This document shows, piece by piece, positions 26,814 through 37,251 of a stretch of DNA of 64,000 bases (its first letter is position 1; every line of letters begins with the position of its first letter). Below the pieces are notes generated by a model. That model was given only the letters and a program-made list of their open reading frames with translations, did not search any database and had not been told where the DNA came from. The translations under genes and the position numbers were made by a program. Origin of the DNA: an uncultured virus (IMG/VR IMGVR_UViG_3300001344_000002) (lineage: Duplodnaviria; Heunggongvirae; Uroviricota; Caudoviricetes); the IMG/VR virus record IMGVR_UViG_3300001344_000002; one strand, given 5' to 3'.

Positions 26814-29800
26814 TATAGTATTAATCCGTGATCTAATAATGCTGCTTTAAAAGTATTAAAATAATATTGACCTGTGTTAGCAGCACTGTTACTTACTACA
26901 CCAGGATAGGTACCGTTACCACCATTATTATGTGTAAATCCTACAGCTGTAGTTGGATAACTTCTTATTGCTTGGTTTCCACCTGCTGCGTAAGTATTAT
27001 ATAAGGTATTTAGAGATGTATTAGGAGTTATATAAGCACTTGCAGGTATTGCAGCAAAAACATTTTGGGGGTCAGAGCTAGGAATAGGAGTGTTAAGTCC
27101 CACAGTAAATGCACCATCATAACCCCATATAGATGTCAATGCTGGCCCACCATTAGGTTCCATATTCATACAAATACCTCTTAAAGTTACAGAGTTAGCT
27201 GTATTATTAAATGTAGCAACAACTTCCCCTGCATCTGCCGTAACGTCATTATTTACACTTACATTTCTATCAGTCCAAGATACTCCAGTTGTAGGGAAAT
27301 ATTTATTATTACCAACAGAAGACTCATCATAAATTGCAAATATAAAAATTTGAGTGGCATCAAAGAACCAATCTGCATTTGCTAAAGAAGTATCTGCAAC
27401 TGGTCCTACATCTAAAGCACCATTAAGTGCTTGACCTACACCTCTGTTTGCTAAACCACTTATAGGGCGTTCAGTTGCATCAAAACTCATAATCACGTGT
27501 GAAGAATAACCGTCTTCACCATTTGTTGCTGGATTATGAGGTACACCAGCTGCTGTTTCTTGAGCATATGTTTGACCTGTAGCATAAAAGTCTTGGAATG
27601 TATATCTAAAATTATTTATATCACTATAATCAGCAGCTATCATTGCAGGAGTTAACTCAAATAACAACTCTGAAGAGTTAGATACATTATGAATTACAGG
27701 GTTTCCATTGATATCTTCTAATGTCATTTCCCCTTTTATGATATCAAAGTTTGTAGCTGCAACAAATGTTCCTGCCGGAATTTGACCTGGGGCTGAAGGA
27801 TTTGTTACACTCATCCCTGCTCTTACACACCACCATGAAGCATTTCCATCTGTACTAGAAGCATTCCAACCAGTAGGAGAATTTTCTATAACGTCAACTC
27901 TTCTTAGACCACCTCTTCTGTTACACATTTGAAGAGTACTTGTTCCTGCACCTGTTCCTGCAGGGATGTTTGGGGAAGAAGTTGTATCATTTGCTTGAGC
28001 ATATACTTTTGATAAACTTGAATTCTGTGCTATCTTATTAACAATCCCATCCATTGAACCTGAAACATCAAACCAAAAGTTAAAGAATGTATCCTTATCT
28101 GGAACAAGACCTGCTATATTACAAATTTGACCTGAAGAGTTAGCAGGAGTATCAGGATCTGTTACTGTCAACGCCAATGTAAATACGCCACCTGTTGCAG
28201 GGTAAGTTCCTGTTATAGTACCAGTACAGTCATTATTATATGTATTAGTTAACCATGTAGCTGGATTACCAGTAGCATTATCTGTTAAAGTAAAACTTAC
28301 ACTGAGTTGATTACATGCGTGATCTGGATCACTTACTGTATAATTATATGTATAAACATCTCCTGCCAAAAGATTACTTGTATCAGGGCATGAGCTAGTC
28401 CATATAGGTGGTTCAGCTACCGCATTAACAATAATTGTTACAGTAATAGGGTCTGTTATACAATATCCATCAGTGGCTGTATAAGTAAATTGATCTGTAC
28501 CAAAATAATTATTAGCTGGAGTATATGTATATTGACCAGTAACTGTATTGAAATTTAATGTACCATTACTAACATTAGTTTGTAATGCATAAGTAAGACC
28601 ATACCCTCCATATCCATCATCAACAACTACAGTTTGACTTGATATAGCTACATTTTCATCTGTTGTAAGTGTTTGGTTTGTTCCTACAGGACATTCATTA
28701 GATGAATAAAGTTTACAACAAGCATCCCAAAATAAAATATTATTTGCTTGACCGGGTGCTTGGTAGTTTATATATTTAAATTTAAGTGTCTCACCAAATA
28801 ACAGTGTATCTGTATCTTTATATCCATTCATACCATTAGCACCTGTTAACCATGATACTTGATTGTCCCATAGTTCACCTGGAACTCCCCAACCATCTGG
28901 AAATCTAATAGCATCTTGTGATAAAAGAGCACCACTCTTTACATTCTTTGCAATTACATGACCTTCTTGACCATCTGTTAAAGTTGTCATACCACCTATA
29001 CGCATATATGGTACAGTTGTATCATCAAGAGGTACATATGCATTAAGATATGTTTGTGTCCAGTCATTGACTTCACTCATAACAAGTGTATCAAATCCTA
29101 CAGGAGGAACAATTGTAGCTACATCTCTAAACTTAACTTCATTAGAAGCACCTGTATCTCTTACTAATACTTCTGTAAGAGTATCATCCTGTACTACTTC
29201 ATCTAAAAATACTTTTTTTACTTGTTGTAGTTGACCATCATTAGTGATTTTAGTAGCAGGAGTACCAGAGTTTCCATCCTGAATAAGTAATGAACAACCT
29301 AATGTTTGAGCATCTGGTGTCCATAATGGAATTCTATATACATCACAAACTTCACCTACAATTGCAGCAGGATTATTTTGCCATGCAAAAGTAGTTCCAT
29401 CAGAAATAAGTATTTGATCAGCTGTTCCTATAGGTAGTTCTACCTTATAGTTAGTAGGATCTCCTTGCCATAGTGAACCATATGTTAATGCTTCAACCAC
29501 ATCATCATCTTGCCACTTTACTCTACCATCTGCTAAACCTACAAGCACTTTGTTTAATCCACCTAATACTCCAAGTGAATCATATACAGGCCCTTCTAGT
29601 TTAAGATTAGAGTTTATTCTTGTTGTTTGAGCTGGAGTACCTGCTGGTACATCAGTTCCATGTACTACATCTACATTAGCTGTAAATGTTGTACCATCCA
29701 TTGTTAAATTAGCATCATCTTCTAGTACTCCTCCTGGTCCTACAATAACAACACGGTCTTCTGTTAATGTTGGGGTTGTTATAGTACCTTGTACATATAA

Positions 29801-30142
29801 GTTACCTGCAATATTAATAGTATCACCTAATGCATTTTGTGTTATGATAGAATCCATTAATGTATCCCATGCACATGAACCTTCTGGTGTTGTATATACA
29901 GGAACAACTCCTAAATTACCTGATCCAGGTTGTGTTCTTGTTAAGTTTTCAGTAGCTTGACATACAAGATCACCCCACTTAACTACAAATGGTTCCATCT
30001 TAGGGTTATAAGCCGCACCTGTATTCAGGGAACTGTTCTGATAAAGCTTACCAAACTCAAAATGATCTCTCATTTTGTCTAGCTTTATCTTCTTTTTATT
30101 TCTTTTTAGTAGCCCTAAGACCTCTTGTATATAAACACTCAT
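26813..30142 (-). CDS. tail fibre/adhesin with Ig/cadherin-like repeats and a vWA-like C-terminal region
   Basis: YTYTPANNYFGTDQFTYTATDG (Big_9-like) and FWFDVSGSM MIDAS-like motif; Thr/Gly/Asn-rich. Confidence 0.75.
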   Translation of the reverse strand: MSVYIQEVLGLLKRNKKKIKLDKMRDHFEFGKLYQNSSLNTGAAYNPKMEPFVVKWGDLVCQATENLTRTQPGSGNLGVVPVYTTPEGSCAWDTLMDSIITQNALGDTINIAGNLYVQGTITTPTLTEDRVVIVGPGGVLEDDANLTMDGTTFTANVDVVHGTDVPAGTPAQTTRINSNLKLEGPVYDSLGVLGGLNKVLVGLADGRVKWQDDDVVEALTYGSLWQGDPTNYKVELPIGTADQILISDGTTFAWQNNPAAIVGEVCDVYRIPLWTPDAQTLGCSLLIQDGNSGTPATKITNDGQLQQVKKVFLDEVVQDDTLTEVLVRDTGASNEVKFRDVATIVPPVGFDTLVMSEVNDWTQTYLNAYVPLDDTTVPYMRIGGMTTLTDGQEGHVIAKNVKSGALLSQDAIRFPDGWGVPGELWDNQVSWLTGANGMNGYKDTDTLLFGETLKFKYINYQAPGQANNILFWDACCKLYSSNECPVGTNQTLTTDENVAISSQTVVVDDGYGGYGLTYALQTNVSNGTLNFNTVTGQYTYTPANNYFGTDQFTYTATDGYCITDPITVTIIVNAVAEPPIWTSSCPDTSNLLAGDVYTYNYTVSDPDHACNQLSVSFTLTDNATGNPATWLTNTYNNDCTGTITGTYPATGGVFTLALTVTDPDTPANSSGQICNIAGLVPDKDTFFNFWFDVSGSMDGIVNKIAQNSSLSKVYAQANDTTSSPNIPAGTGAGTSTLQMCNRRGGLRRVDVIENSPTGWNASSTDGNASWWCVRAGMSVTNPSAPGQIPAGTFVAATNFDIIKGEMTLEDINGNPVIHNVSNSSELLFELTPAMIAADYSDINNFRYTFQDFYATGQTYAQETAAGVPHNPATNGEDGYSSHVIMSFDATERPISGLANRGVGQALNGALDVGPVADTSLANADWFFDATQIFIFAIYDESSVGNNKYFPTTGVSWTDRNVSVNNDVTADAGEVVATFNNTANSVTLRGICMNMEPNGGPALTSIWGYDGAFTVGLNTPIPSSDPQNVFAAIPASAYITPNTSLNTLYNTYAAGGNQAIRSYPTTAVGFTHNNGGNGTYPGVVSNSAANTGQYYFNTFKAALLDHGLIL

Positions 30143-30162
30143 TTCTTTTTATTTTAGTTTTA

Positions 30163-33100
30163 TTATATAGTATTTAATCCAACATCATAAATTACAACGT
30201 TAACTAAAGTAGCAGCTGGTACACCTGGATTAGTAATATTATTTGATCCAATTATACAACTAGTTGTAGTCTTTAATCTACAATATGTATGAAAAGCAGT
30301 AGTTGAACTTTCAGTTGTTAAACATACTAAATAATTTGTTCCTGTTAATGGAGTTGTCCAACTTAAAGTAGATGATGCTGTACCATTACTAGTTACTGTT
30401 AATGTACCTATTCCTGATCTGCCTGAATTTGTAAATATGCTTGCACCAGTATCAAAAGAACACCATGCTGCTGCCTGAGCAAAAGTACTTCTAGATACCA
30501 TTCTATCTAGTAAATCAGCAATTACTAATTCTTTTACTTCATCAATTCCTAAACCTCCTGAGTCTACATCATTATATATTATTGTATCTTTCTCAAGATC
30601 TACATTTTCTTTAATGCCATTTGCAGCACAGTTAATTACGTTTGTTGCTAAAGGTCCATATTCTACACTTAATGTACTACCATTCTTATTAATTCCGCAA
30701 CCTGCAATAATACCTGCATTACTTGGCTCAGACCAAGCACCTGTTGCATCTAAATAAAACTTCTGATTTCCTGGATCAGAACCATATGATGGTACATGTC
30801 CTACATTAGTTCCTCCAGTAAATACATTTGATGTAATGGTTAAAGTATTACTATTAATAGATGCATCTAAAGGAGTACCTGAACTTGATCCTAATAGTAA
30901 GTTAACAGCAGTAACTCCACCACCAGTACCAGCAGAAGCAGAAGTAATATGCCCCATAGTATCTACAGTAATGTTGGCATTAACATAAGTTCCTGCTACA
31001 ACACCTGATGTATCATGTGTAAATACAACTTCATCTGTAGCTTGTGCAAAAGTGCTAATAGGAGCTGTCCCTGTTAGGTTTAACGTATCTCCATTTGTTA
31101 TAACCTGATCTGTACCACCATCAGCTTGTACTGTCCATGATGTCATACCACCTCCACCAGTTCCGTTAGCTGCTAGAGTGATTTGACCTTGAGCATTTAC
31201 TGTAATGTCTGCATTAGTATAAGATCCAGCAGTTACACCAGTGCTATCTAAACTTATATCTACTGTATTAATAACCGGAGCTGAGCCTGCAGTAGTAGCA
31301 TCAGTTGTAATACCTGTTCCTCCTTGAATATTTAATTCAAAATCTGTTGGAGAAGCAAGACCACTACCTGTAACTAAATTATCTCCTCTTGTCCAGAAAC
31401 CTGCATAGTATCCTGGCATCAAATAAAACTGTTGCTTATAAAGTTGATCACCCCCGTTAGTATCACTAAACATAAAGTAATCTAAACTAGCAATACCCGC
31501 AAGAGTAGGTCTAGCCATAATTAGATTGTCAGCACCTACTGTATCAACACCTATAGTGACAGTGTCTGTTGCACTAACATCAACTGTTAAACCTGCTCCA
31601 GTTATACCTGTTGCTGCAGAAAAAGTTACAGTATTGGCATCTAGAATTTCTTCAGTCGTAACACCATCTGTTATAAAGAAGCTTGACATTGATCCACCTC
31701 CTCCTGTGCCATTTACTGCTGCTGTTATTCTACCTTGTGCATCTACGGTTATATCTGCATTGGTATATGAGCCTGCAGTAACTGCTGTGTTGTCTAAGTC
31801 TAATGTTAAAACATTAGTTCCACTAGTTGATGAGGTAAGTGCAACACCACCTTGTATAAGAGCAGTATCACCATTACCAATATTTTTAGCAGTTCCTAAA
31901 TCACCAGTTAAATCCCAACCTGATGAACCAATATTAACAATGTCAGCTATTGTAGTATTAAATACAACAGGTGTAGCACCTGATCCTTCTGACCAGTTCA
32001 TTAATGATGTTGCTTCTGGGACTTTAATGTTGTTTAAATATATATAGTTATCTGTTCCTGAGTAATCTAGTCCTATCGTATTAGTTGTATTGTCAACTGT
32101 AATACCAGGGTCATTTGTATAAATTGTATCTGGTATTGTAACAACTATATTATCTGAAGTTGGTTCTGTTAATGTAACACCTGCTCCTACAAAATCAATT
32201 GATTGAACTGCAGTTGTTAATGATGTACCATTGTCTAGTATACTAACTGCTCCTGAAGCATATTGAGGAACGTTTAAAGTATTACCAACTAAAGTAGCAG
32301 CACCACTAGTTCCTGTTGTAGTTAATGTTAGATTGGTTGGTATTGAGCTTAATAAAGCTAAATTACCTGCACCGTTTACATATTGTGTAGCATCACCCGC
32401 CCATGTAAAACCTAGAGCAGGAGTACTTGTTGGATTTGCAACTAATACATCTAAAGCATCTCCTGCTGTTGTAGATGAAACACTTGTTACTGATCCTATA
32501 TTACCATCAATTCTAAAATTACTTCCAACATCTGTTAATACTATACCAGTACCGGCTATTACTGATACTATATCTGATGTACCATCTGAACCATTTAATG
32601 TAATATCTACATCAGATAAATTCTGTGTAGAAGATAAATTATATGTTGTGTTATTATCTGCCGGGATAGGTGCCCAAGTATTATCACCTCTTAAATATTT
32701 AGTTGAATCAGGAGTACCTGTAGCAGATAACTCTGCTGTTATAGTTCCTGCTGAAGTTATTGTTCCACCTGATACATCTACAAATACACCATTAGATGTA
32801 GCTACTGATGTAACTGTTCCTGTAAATTGATCAGTTGAATTAATTGTAACTATACCTTGTCCATTTATTGGAGTAATATTTATGTTTGTTCCTGCTATAA
32901 TTTGCTGAACACCAGAAGCATTATCCGGTAGATCAGAAACTCTAACTTTCTTTATATTATTATCTGATGCATCACTAAACCATAAGTAATCATTATCTGT
33001 AATTACTTCTGTAGGTGCAACTATAATTGCATTATCTACACCCGCATAGTCTATATTGACTATTGGATCTGCTGCTGTTCCTGTCAAGTTAATACCAACA

Positions 33101-34191
33101 CCACCAGTTACACTTTCTACAAGACCAAGATTAGTTATATATTCATATACATCGTCTCCTGTTACTAACCAAGTATTATTATCACCAACTGCTCCTGTAA
33201 TAGTGTTTACAGTTGGGTCTTCTGCTGTTCCCCCAATAGATATTGTATCTGGAGTATCAGTACCTACACTAGTAACGCCTGTTATAGTAGGCATTGTTAC
33301 ATTCTTAGTATTAACATCTGTAATATGACCTGTTGCATCTGATACTATAGTATCTATAACAGAAAACTGAACACCAGGCCCAGGAGTTACAGAAGAAGTA
33401 GTATTTGTTCTTGTAGTAGCATCATGGCTTATAGTTACTGTTCCTAATGTATCATCTGCTGTTGATAGTTTAGTACCACCAGCAATAGTTGCTGTATTTC
33501 CATCTTGGATTACTGATGTTGTACCATTATCAGCAGATAAAATCCATGAAGACATTGAGCCAGTACCATTTGTTGTCCACTCTAATCCTCCACCAGCAGA
33601 TACAGTAAGAACTTGGCCAACATTTCCTGTACCATTAGTTGCTTCTAACTTAGCTACGGCATTTGCCATATCTAAGTATCTTACTCTTAATTTTTTAGTA
33701 TCAGCCAAAGCATAAAGATCTACTCCATCATAAGTAATATCACTATTACCAAGAGAACATGTTCCTCCATCCCACATTGGAACTACATTAGCAGTATTAT
33801 TACCTGTACATTCTACATACGTTCCTGATGTAACACTAAGTTCTACATCAGATCCATTACTTACAACGGTTATTCCTGTTTTTCCAACAAGACTTACTGT
33901 ATCTACAGTACCATCTGAACCAGTCAGGTTAAGATTAGTTTTACCAGCTAGATCCACATTTGCAAAATCATAAGTGGTATTTCCTGCACCATTGATTGCT
34001 GTAGCTAGATCAAATATAGAGATTAACTCTTGATCTAACTTAGGCAGATACGCCATAACATTTAAAGAACTATCTTGTTTAGTAGATAGAACTAAGTAAT
34101 CCTCCTTACCATCTGTATTTACATCATATGGTTTTGGTGCATATTTTTTCTTGGAAAATAATCCAATTACATCTTGTAATAATGAGCCCAT
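30163..34191 (-). CDS. long tail fibre protein
   Basis: Thr/Gly-rich; three AGxYxNAxITV..G.IT repeats; GTVTSV and TKYLRGDNTW fibre motifs. Confidence 0.85.
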   Translation of the reverse strand: MGSLLQDVIGLFSKKKYAPKPYDVNTDGKEDYLVLSTKQDSSLNVMAYLPKLDQELISIFDLATAINGAGNTTYDFANVDLAGKTNLNLTGSDGTVDTVSLVGKTGITVVSNGSDVELSVTSGTYVECTGNNTANVVPMWDGGTCSLGNSDITYDGVDLYALADTKKLRVRYLDMANAVAKLEATNGTGNVGQVLTVSAGGGLEWTTNGTGSMSSWILSADNGTTSVIQDGNTATIAGGTKLSTADDTLGTVTISHDATTRTNTTSSVTPGPGVQFSVIDTIVSDATGHITDVNTKNVTMPTITGVTSVGTDTPDTISIGGTAEDPTVNTITGAVGDNNTWLVTGDDVYEYITNLGLVESVTGGVGINLTGTAADPIVNIDYAGVDNAIIVAPTEVITDNDYLWFSDASDNNIKKVRVSDLPDNASGVQQIIAGTNINITPINGQGIVTINSTDQFTGTVTSVATSNGVFVDVSGGTITSAGTITAELSATGTPDSTKYLRGDNTWAPIPADNNTTYNLSSTQNLSDVDITLNGSDGTSDIVSVIAGTGIVLTDVGSNFRIDGNIGSVTSVSSTTAGDALDVLVANPTSTPALGFTWAGDATQYVNGAGNLALLSSIPTNLTLTTTGTSGAATLVGNTLNVPQYASGAVSILDNGTSLTTAVQSIDFVGAGVTLTEPTSDNIVVTIPDTIYTNDPGITVDNTTNTIGLDYSGTDNYIYLNNIKVPEATSLMNWSEGSGATPVVFNTTIADIVNIGSSGWDLTGDLGTAKNIGNGDTALIQGGVALTSSTSGTNVLTLDLDNTAVTAGSYTNADITVDAQGRITAAVNGTGGGGSMSSFFITDGVTTEEILDANTVTFSAATGITGAGLTVDVSATDTVTIGVDTVGADNLIMARPTLAGIASLDYFMFSDTNGGDQLYKQQFYLMPGYYAGFWTRGDNLVTGSGLASPTDFELNIQGGTGITTDATTAGSAPVINTVDISLDSTGVTAGSYTNADITVNAQGQITLAANGTGGGGMTSWTVQADGGTDQVITNGDTLNLTGTAPISTFAQATDEVVFTHDTSGVVAGTYVNANITVDTMGHITSASAGTGGGVTAVNLLLGSSSGTPLDASINSNTLTITSNVFTGGTNVGHVPSYGSDPGNQKFYLDATGAWSEPSNAGIIAGCGINKNGSTLSVEYGPLATNVINCAANGIKENVDLEKDTIIYNDVDSGGLGIDEVKELVIADLLDRMVSRSTFAQAAAWCSFDTGASIFTNSGRSGIGTLTVTSNGTASSTLSWTTPLTGTNYLVCLTTESSTTAFHTYCRLKTTTSCIIGSNNITNPGVPAATLVNVVIYDVGLNTI

Positions 34192-34201
34192 TGTTTTCTA
34201 T

Positions 34202-34546
34202 TTATAAGTACAGAGCAGATAGTTTAATACTAGCTGTTGCTGAACATGTTATTGTTATATTACCATCAACATCATTAAAAGCATCAACTTCAAAAGGTCC
34301 TAAAAATCCTTCTTCACCCGCAGATAATGTTAAAACAGCATTTTCTTTTGCAAGTACTCCTAACAAAGGATCTACAACAGTAGTAACTACAGGAACAACT
34401 GTAGCTGTTACTGATGAACCACTAGCATTTTCAATATGAAAAAACTGCTTTCCAGTATTTGCAAGTTTATCACCTGTTGATTCAGGAGTTACTGTTACAG
34501 GTACTATACCTGCTTGACTTATTTGTTGTGCTGTTAATGTTGCCAT
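34202..34546 (-). CDS. small structural protein
   Basis: Beta-rich 114-aa ORF in the late operon. Confidence 0.6.
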   Translation of the reverse strand: MATLTAQQISQAGIVPVTVTPESTGDKLANTGKQFFHIENASGSSVTATVVPVVTTVVDPLLGVLAKENAVLTLSAGEEGFLGPFEVDAFNDVDGNITITCSATASIKLSALYL

Positions 34547-34552
34547 AGTAAT

Positions 34553-34780
34553 TTATTTTTTACCGTTTCTATATCCATTTTTAAAAGCTTCTGATTGAAC
34601 TGGTTCAGATGCTCTAGTAGACATACGTTTAATCTCAACTCCTTGTGCAGCTAGTCTCATTCTAGTTGCTGTAGCAGTTGCATTCTTTTTTGCTTGAATT
34701 TTTGATGGTATAGAAGTTGGGTCATAATACCCATTCTCTACCTTTCCGTCTCCCATTGGGAATGATATTTTCTTTGCCAT
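34553..34780 (-). CDS. small basic late protein
   Basis: 75-aa ORF. Confidence 0.6.
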   Translation of the reverse strand: MAKKISFPMGDGKVENGYYDPTSIPSKIQAKKNATATATRMRLAAQGVEIKRMSTRASEPVQSEAFKNGYRNGKK

Positions 34781-34786
34781 AATTGT

Positions 34787-34873
34787 TTATTTTTTAATCA
34801 AGTGAGATCCATCACAAAGCCCATCAGGATTTTGAGTGTTACCACATTGACATTGTTGTTTACTATTACTCAT
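34787..34873 (-). CDS. minimal CDGSH iron-sulfur peptide (28 aa), not in the ORF track
   Basis: MSNSKQQCQCGNTQNPDGLCDGSHLIKK; exactly fills the gap between neighbouring genes. Confidence 0.75.
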   Translation of the reverse strand: MSNSKQQCQCGNTQNPDGLCDGSHLIKK

Positions 34874-34876
34874 ATC

Positions 34877-35125
34877 TTATTTTTTATATGCTCTACGTGC
34901 AGTTTTTCTAACCATACCTTTTTTGGTACCACCACCTCTTTTCATTTGCATAGCACTTGATCCTTGGATAACATCCATTACATCCTTAGTACCCATAGCA
35001 CCACCCATTTTAGCAAACATATTTTGGTATGAATAATCCATACCACCATCTCCATAAGAGTCTTTCTTTTTTCTGGCTCCTCCTACCTTGTAAGACATTC
35101 CAGCATTTTTCATATTATTTGGCAT
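34877..35125 (-). CDS. small basic protein with repeated [YMF]xxGG-like motifs
   Basis: YKVGG, YGDGG, FAKMGG and MKRGG. Confidence 0.65.
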   Translation of the reverse strand: MPNNMKNAGMSYKVGGARKKKDSYGDGGMDYSYQNMFAKMGGAMGTKDVMDVIQGSSAMQMKRGGGTKKGMVRKTARRAYKK

Positions 35126-35143
35126 AATTTTTATTTTTAATTA

Positions 35144-35611
35144 TTAATTTTTATTGCTTATTGACTTAAATTTCTCAGCACCCCTTGAACCAAAGTATGC
35201 TACATAAACTGTTATTAGTAATGATTTTAACAAATCAACCCAGATTGAATCTACTTTAAAGTCAATATCAGAGCTGTCCAATAACATAAATATTACCATT
35301 GATATAGTTAAAAATATCAAAGTCATAGGTCTTGTATTTTTACTAAGCCAAGAATCAGAAGTCATATCTGCTTCCCAACGCTTGCTTACCTCTTGCATTT
35401 CAACCATATCTTGTTCAAGTAGTTTCAATGCATGCTCTTTATCTACCGGTGATAAAGCTGGTTCCTTTTCTATTAAAGATTTAACCATGCCTAAAACACC
35501 TGCATCTGGAAGTAACTCTCCTGCAATACCAAGTATACTAGGAACCTTCTCTGTAAGGAACTGTCCTACCTTGGTATTTTTAAATTTCTTTTTAGGTTTT
35601 TTATCACTCAT
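35144..35611 (-). CDS. holin (3TM-holin-like family)
   Basis: SDSWLSKNTRPMTL followed by TM segments and YFGSRG.EK. Confidence 0.8.
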   Translation of the reverse strand: MSDKKPKKKFKNTKVGQFLTEKVPSILGIAGELLPDAGVLGMVKSLIEKEPALSPVDKEHALKLLEQDMVEMQEVSKRWEADMTSDSWLSKNTRPMTLIFLTISMVIFMLLDSSDIDFKVDSIWVDLLKSLLITVYVAYFGSRGAEKFKSISNKN

Positions 35612-35620
35612 CTCTTTAAT

Positions 35621-36865
35621 TTAAGGGTATTTTTTAATTTCTAATGGTGTGTTTTCTAATACACCGTCTACTGCTGCACCTGTATCTACTCTAAAAGTTT
35701 TTACTGTAAAACCTGATGTAGTTACATTTACTATATTTGCTATATATGGAATAGTTCCATTACCACTAAACTTATTTTGTATTTCAAAACTTACTTTATT
35801 TAGATCTGTAAAAGAAGTAGCAAAAGTAGCTTGATATGTTCCAACAGCTGTATAAGTCCAAGTAATAGGTGAAACTCCATTATCTAAAAGCATAATCATT
35901 GCAGGAGCAGAAGTTCCTGATTGAGTAAGAAGAGAAACATGGTTGTCCCAACCTAAGCCCAGACTAATAGAATTAGGATTGGGTGGAGAACCAATTGGTA
36001 CACCTGTTATTGCTTTAATTGTAGGGGTGCTAAACATTAAAACAGTTTCACCATCATCAACAGTAAAACCAGGTCCTCCTTCTTCATCATATACTGAAAA
36101 ACTTGTAGTATACTGAGGTATGTTAAGCACTCCACTATTTAAGGTAGCTGCACCAGATGTACCTGTAGTAGTAAGACTAATTGAACTACCTCCTCCAGTA
36201 GAACTGATAGTTACTTCATTAGATCCACTATCAGATAAAGTTATATTGTTACCAGCAACTAATTTTACATTGCCTAATGATCCATCAGAACCGATTAGTT
36301 TTAAGTCTACATTAACACCTGATTGAGAACTATTATAAGTATATGTTGTATCATTATCAGCAGCACTTATAGTGATTTCATTTGTTGATTGAGCAATAGT
36401 AATTCCACTGCCCTCAACTAATGTTCTGAAATTAAGTGTCTCACCAACTTTATCTTTCCATACTTGTTTGCCACCACCAACATTAGCTGCTAAGTTTGGC
36501 TCTCCTTCTGAATCAAACTCAATATAATTATCATCTGCTGATAGTTGAATAGTTAAGTTTGGATTTAAAGATTTAAAAGATCTAAAGAATACAGCACACT
36601 TTCCAGTTGCTGGATCTATATCTTCTTTTTGAAATACACCAATAGAAGTACTGGTAGTATCTGTATTGGTATAGTCACAGTTTTCTGAAGATGCAAGGTC
36701 CTTAACTTTAATCAGCTTAACTGACTTATATGGTATAGGAGAAGCAACACCTGTCATTTCAGGTTTCTCATTCCACATACCTAATACAACAACGTCATCT
36801 TTTCCTGCAACGTTAGTAAACTTCCCTCTTTGTATTAAACTTAGTATGTCAGTTAATATATTCAT
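35621..36865 (-). CDS. tail fibre-like structural protein
   Basis: LNFRTLVEGSGITI repeats; modules shared with the 1342-aa fibre. Confidence 0.75.
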   Translation of the reverse strand: MNILTDILSLIQRGKFTNVAGKDDVVVLGMWNEKPEMTGVASPIPYKSVKLIKVKDLASSENCDYTNTDTTSTSIGVFQKEDIDPATGKCAVFFRSFKSLNPNLTIQLSADDNYIEFDSEGEPNLAANVGGGKQVWKDKVGETLNFRTLVEGSGITIAQSTNEITISAADNDTTYTYNSSQSGVNVDLKLIGSDGSLGNVKLVAGNNITLSDSGSNEVTISSTGGGSSISLTTTGTSGAATLNSGVLNIPQYTTSFSVYDEEGGPGFTVDDGETVLMFSTPTIKAITGVPIGSPPNPNSISLGLGWDNHVSLLTQSGTSAPAMIMLLDNGVSPITWTYTAVGTYQATFATSFTDLNKVSFEIQNKFSGNGTIPYIANIVNVTTSGFTVKTFRVDTGAAVDGVLENTPLEIKKYP

Positions 36866-36868
36866 ATC

Positions 36869-37105
36869 TTATTTTCCTGAGTGGGTCCAACCACCTAATT
36901 TATATGACTGCATTTTTGATGTGCCATCAGCAGATGATGCAACTCTTTTAGCATCTCCACCTTTAGTCATCTTTTGCTCCATAGAGCTCATCATGATATT
37001 ATCCATTGCTGCTTCACCACCCTCAGCCATTTTACAAAGTAGTTTAGCTTTTTGTCTTGTCATTTTTTGAGCTTTTAGGCCTCCGCCTTTTCTATATTTC
37101 TTCAT
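36869..37105 (-). CDS. small basic protein with repeated [YM]xxGG motifs
   Basis: YRKGG, MAEGG, MTKGG and YKLGG. Confidence 0.65.
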   Translation of the reverse strand: MKKYRKGGGLKAQKMTRQKAKLLCKMAEGGEAAMDNIMMSSMEQKMTKGGDAKRVASSADGTSKMQSYKLGGWTHSGK

Positions 37106-37251
37106 GATACATCAAATGTTAATGTTGCTATGAGCAAGTAAAGTTTAACTGTTGTATAATCAGCTGTCTCATCTGGTGCAATGTAATCCCAACCCAAGGC
37201 TAGTCTATTATGTGGCCAGTGAAAAGCTATTTGTAATTGCCAATCATTCAT
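37102..37251 (-). CDS. small hypothetical protein (49 aa), not in the ORF track
   Basis: MNDWQLQIAFHWPHNRLALGWDY...; overlap-coupled on both sides. Confidence 0.6.
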   Translation of the reverse strand: MNDWQLQIAFHWPHNRLALGWDYIAPDETADYTTVKLYLLIATLTFDVS

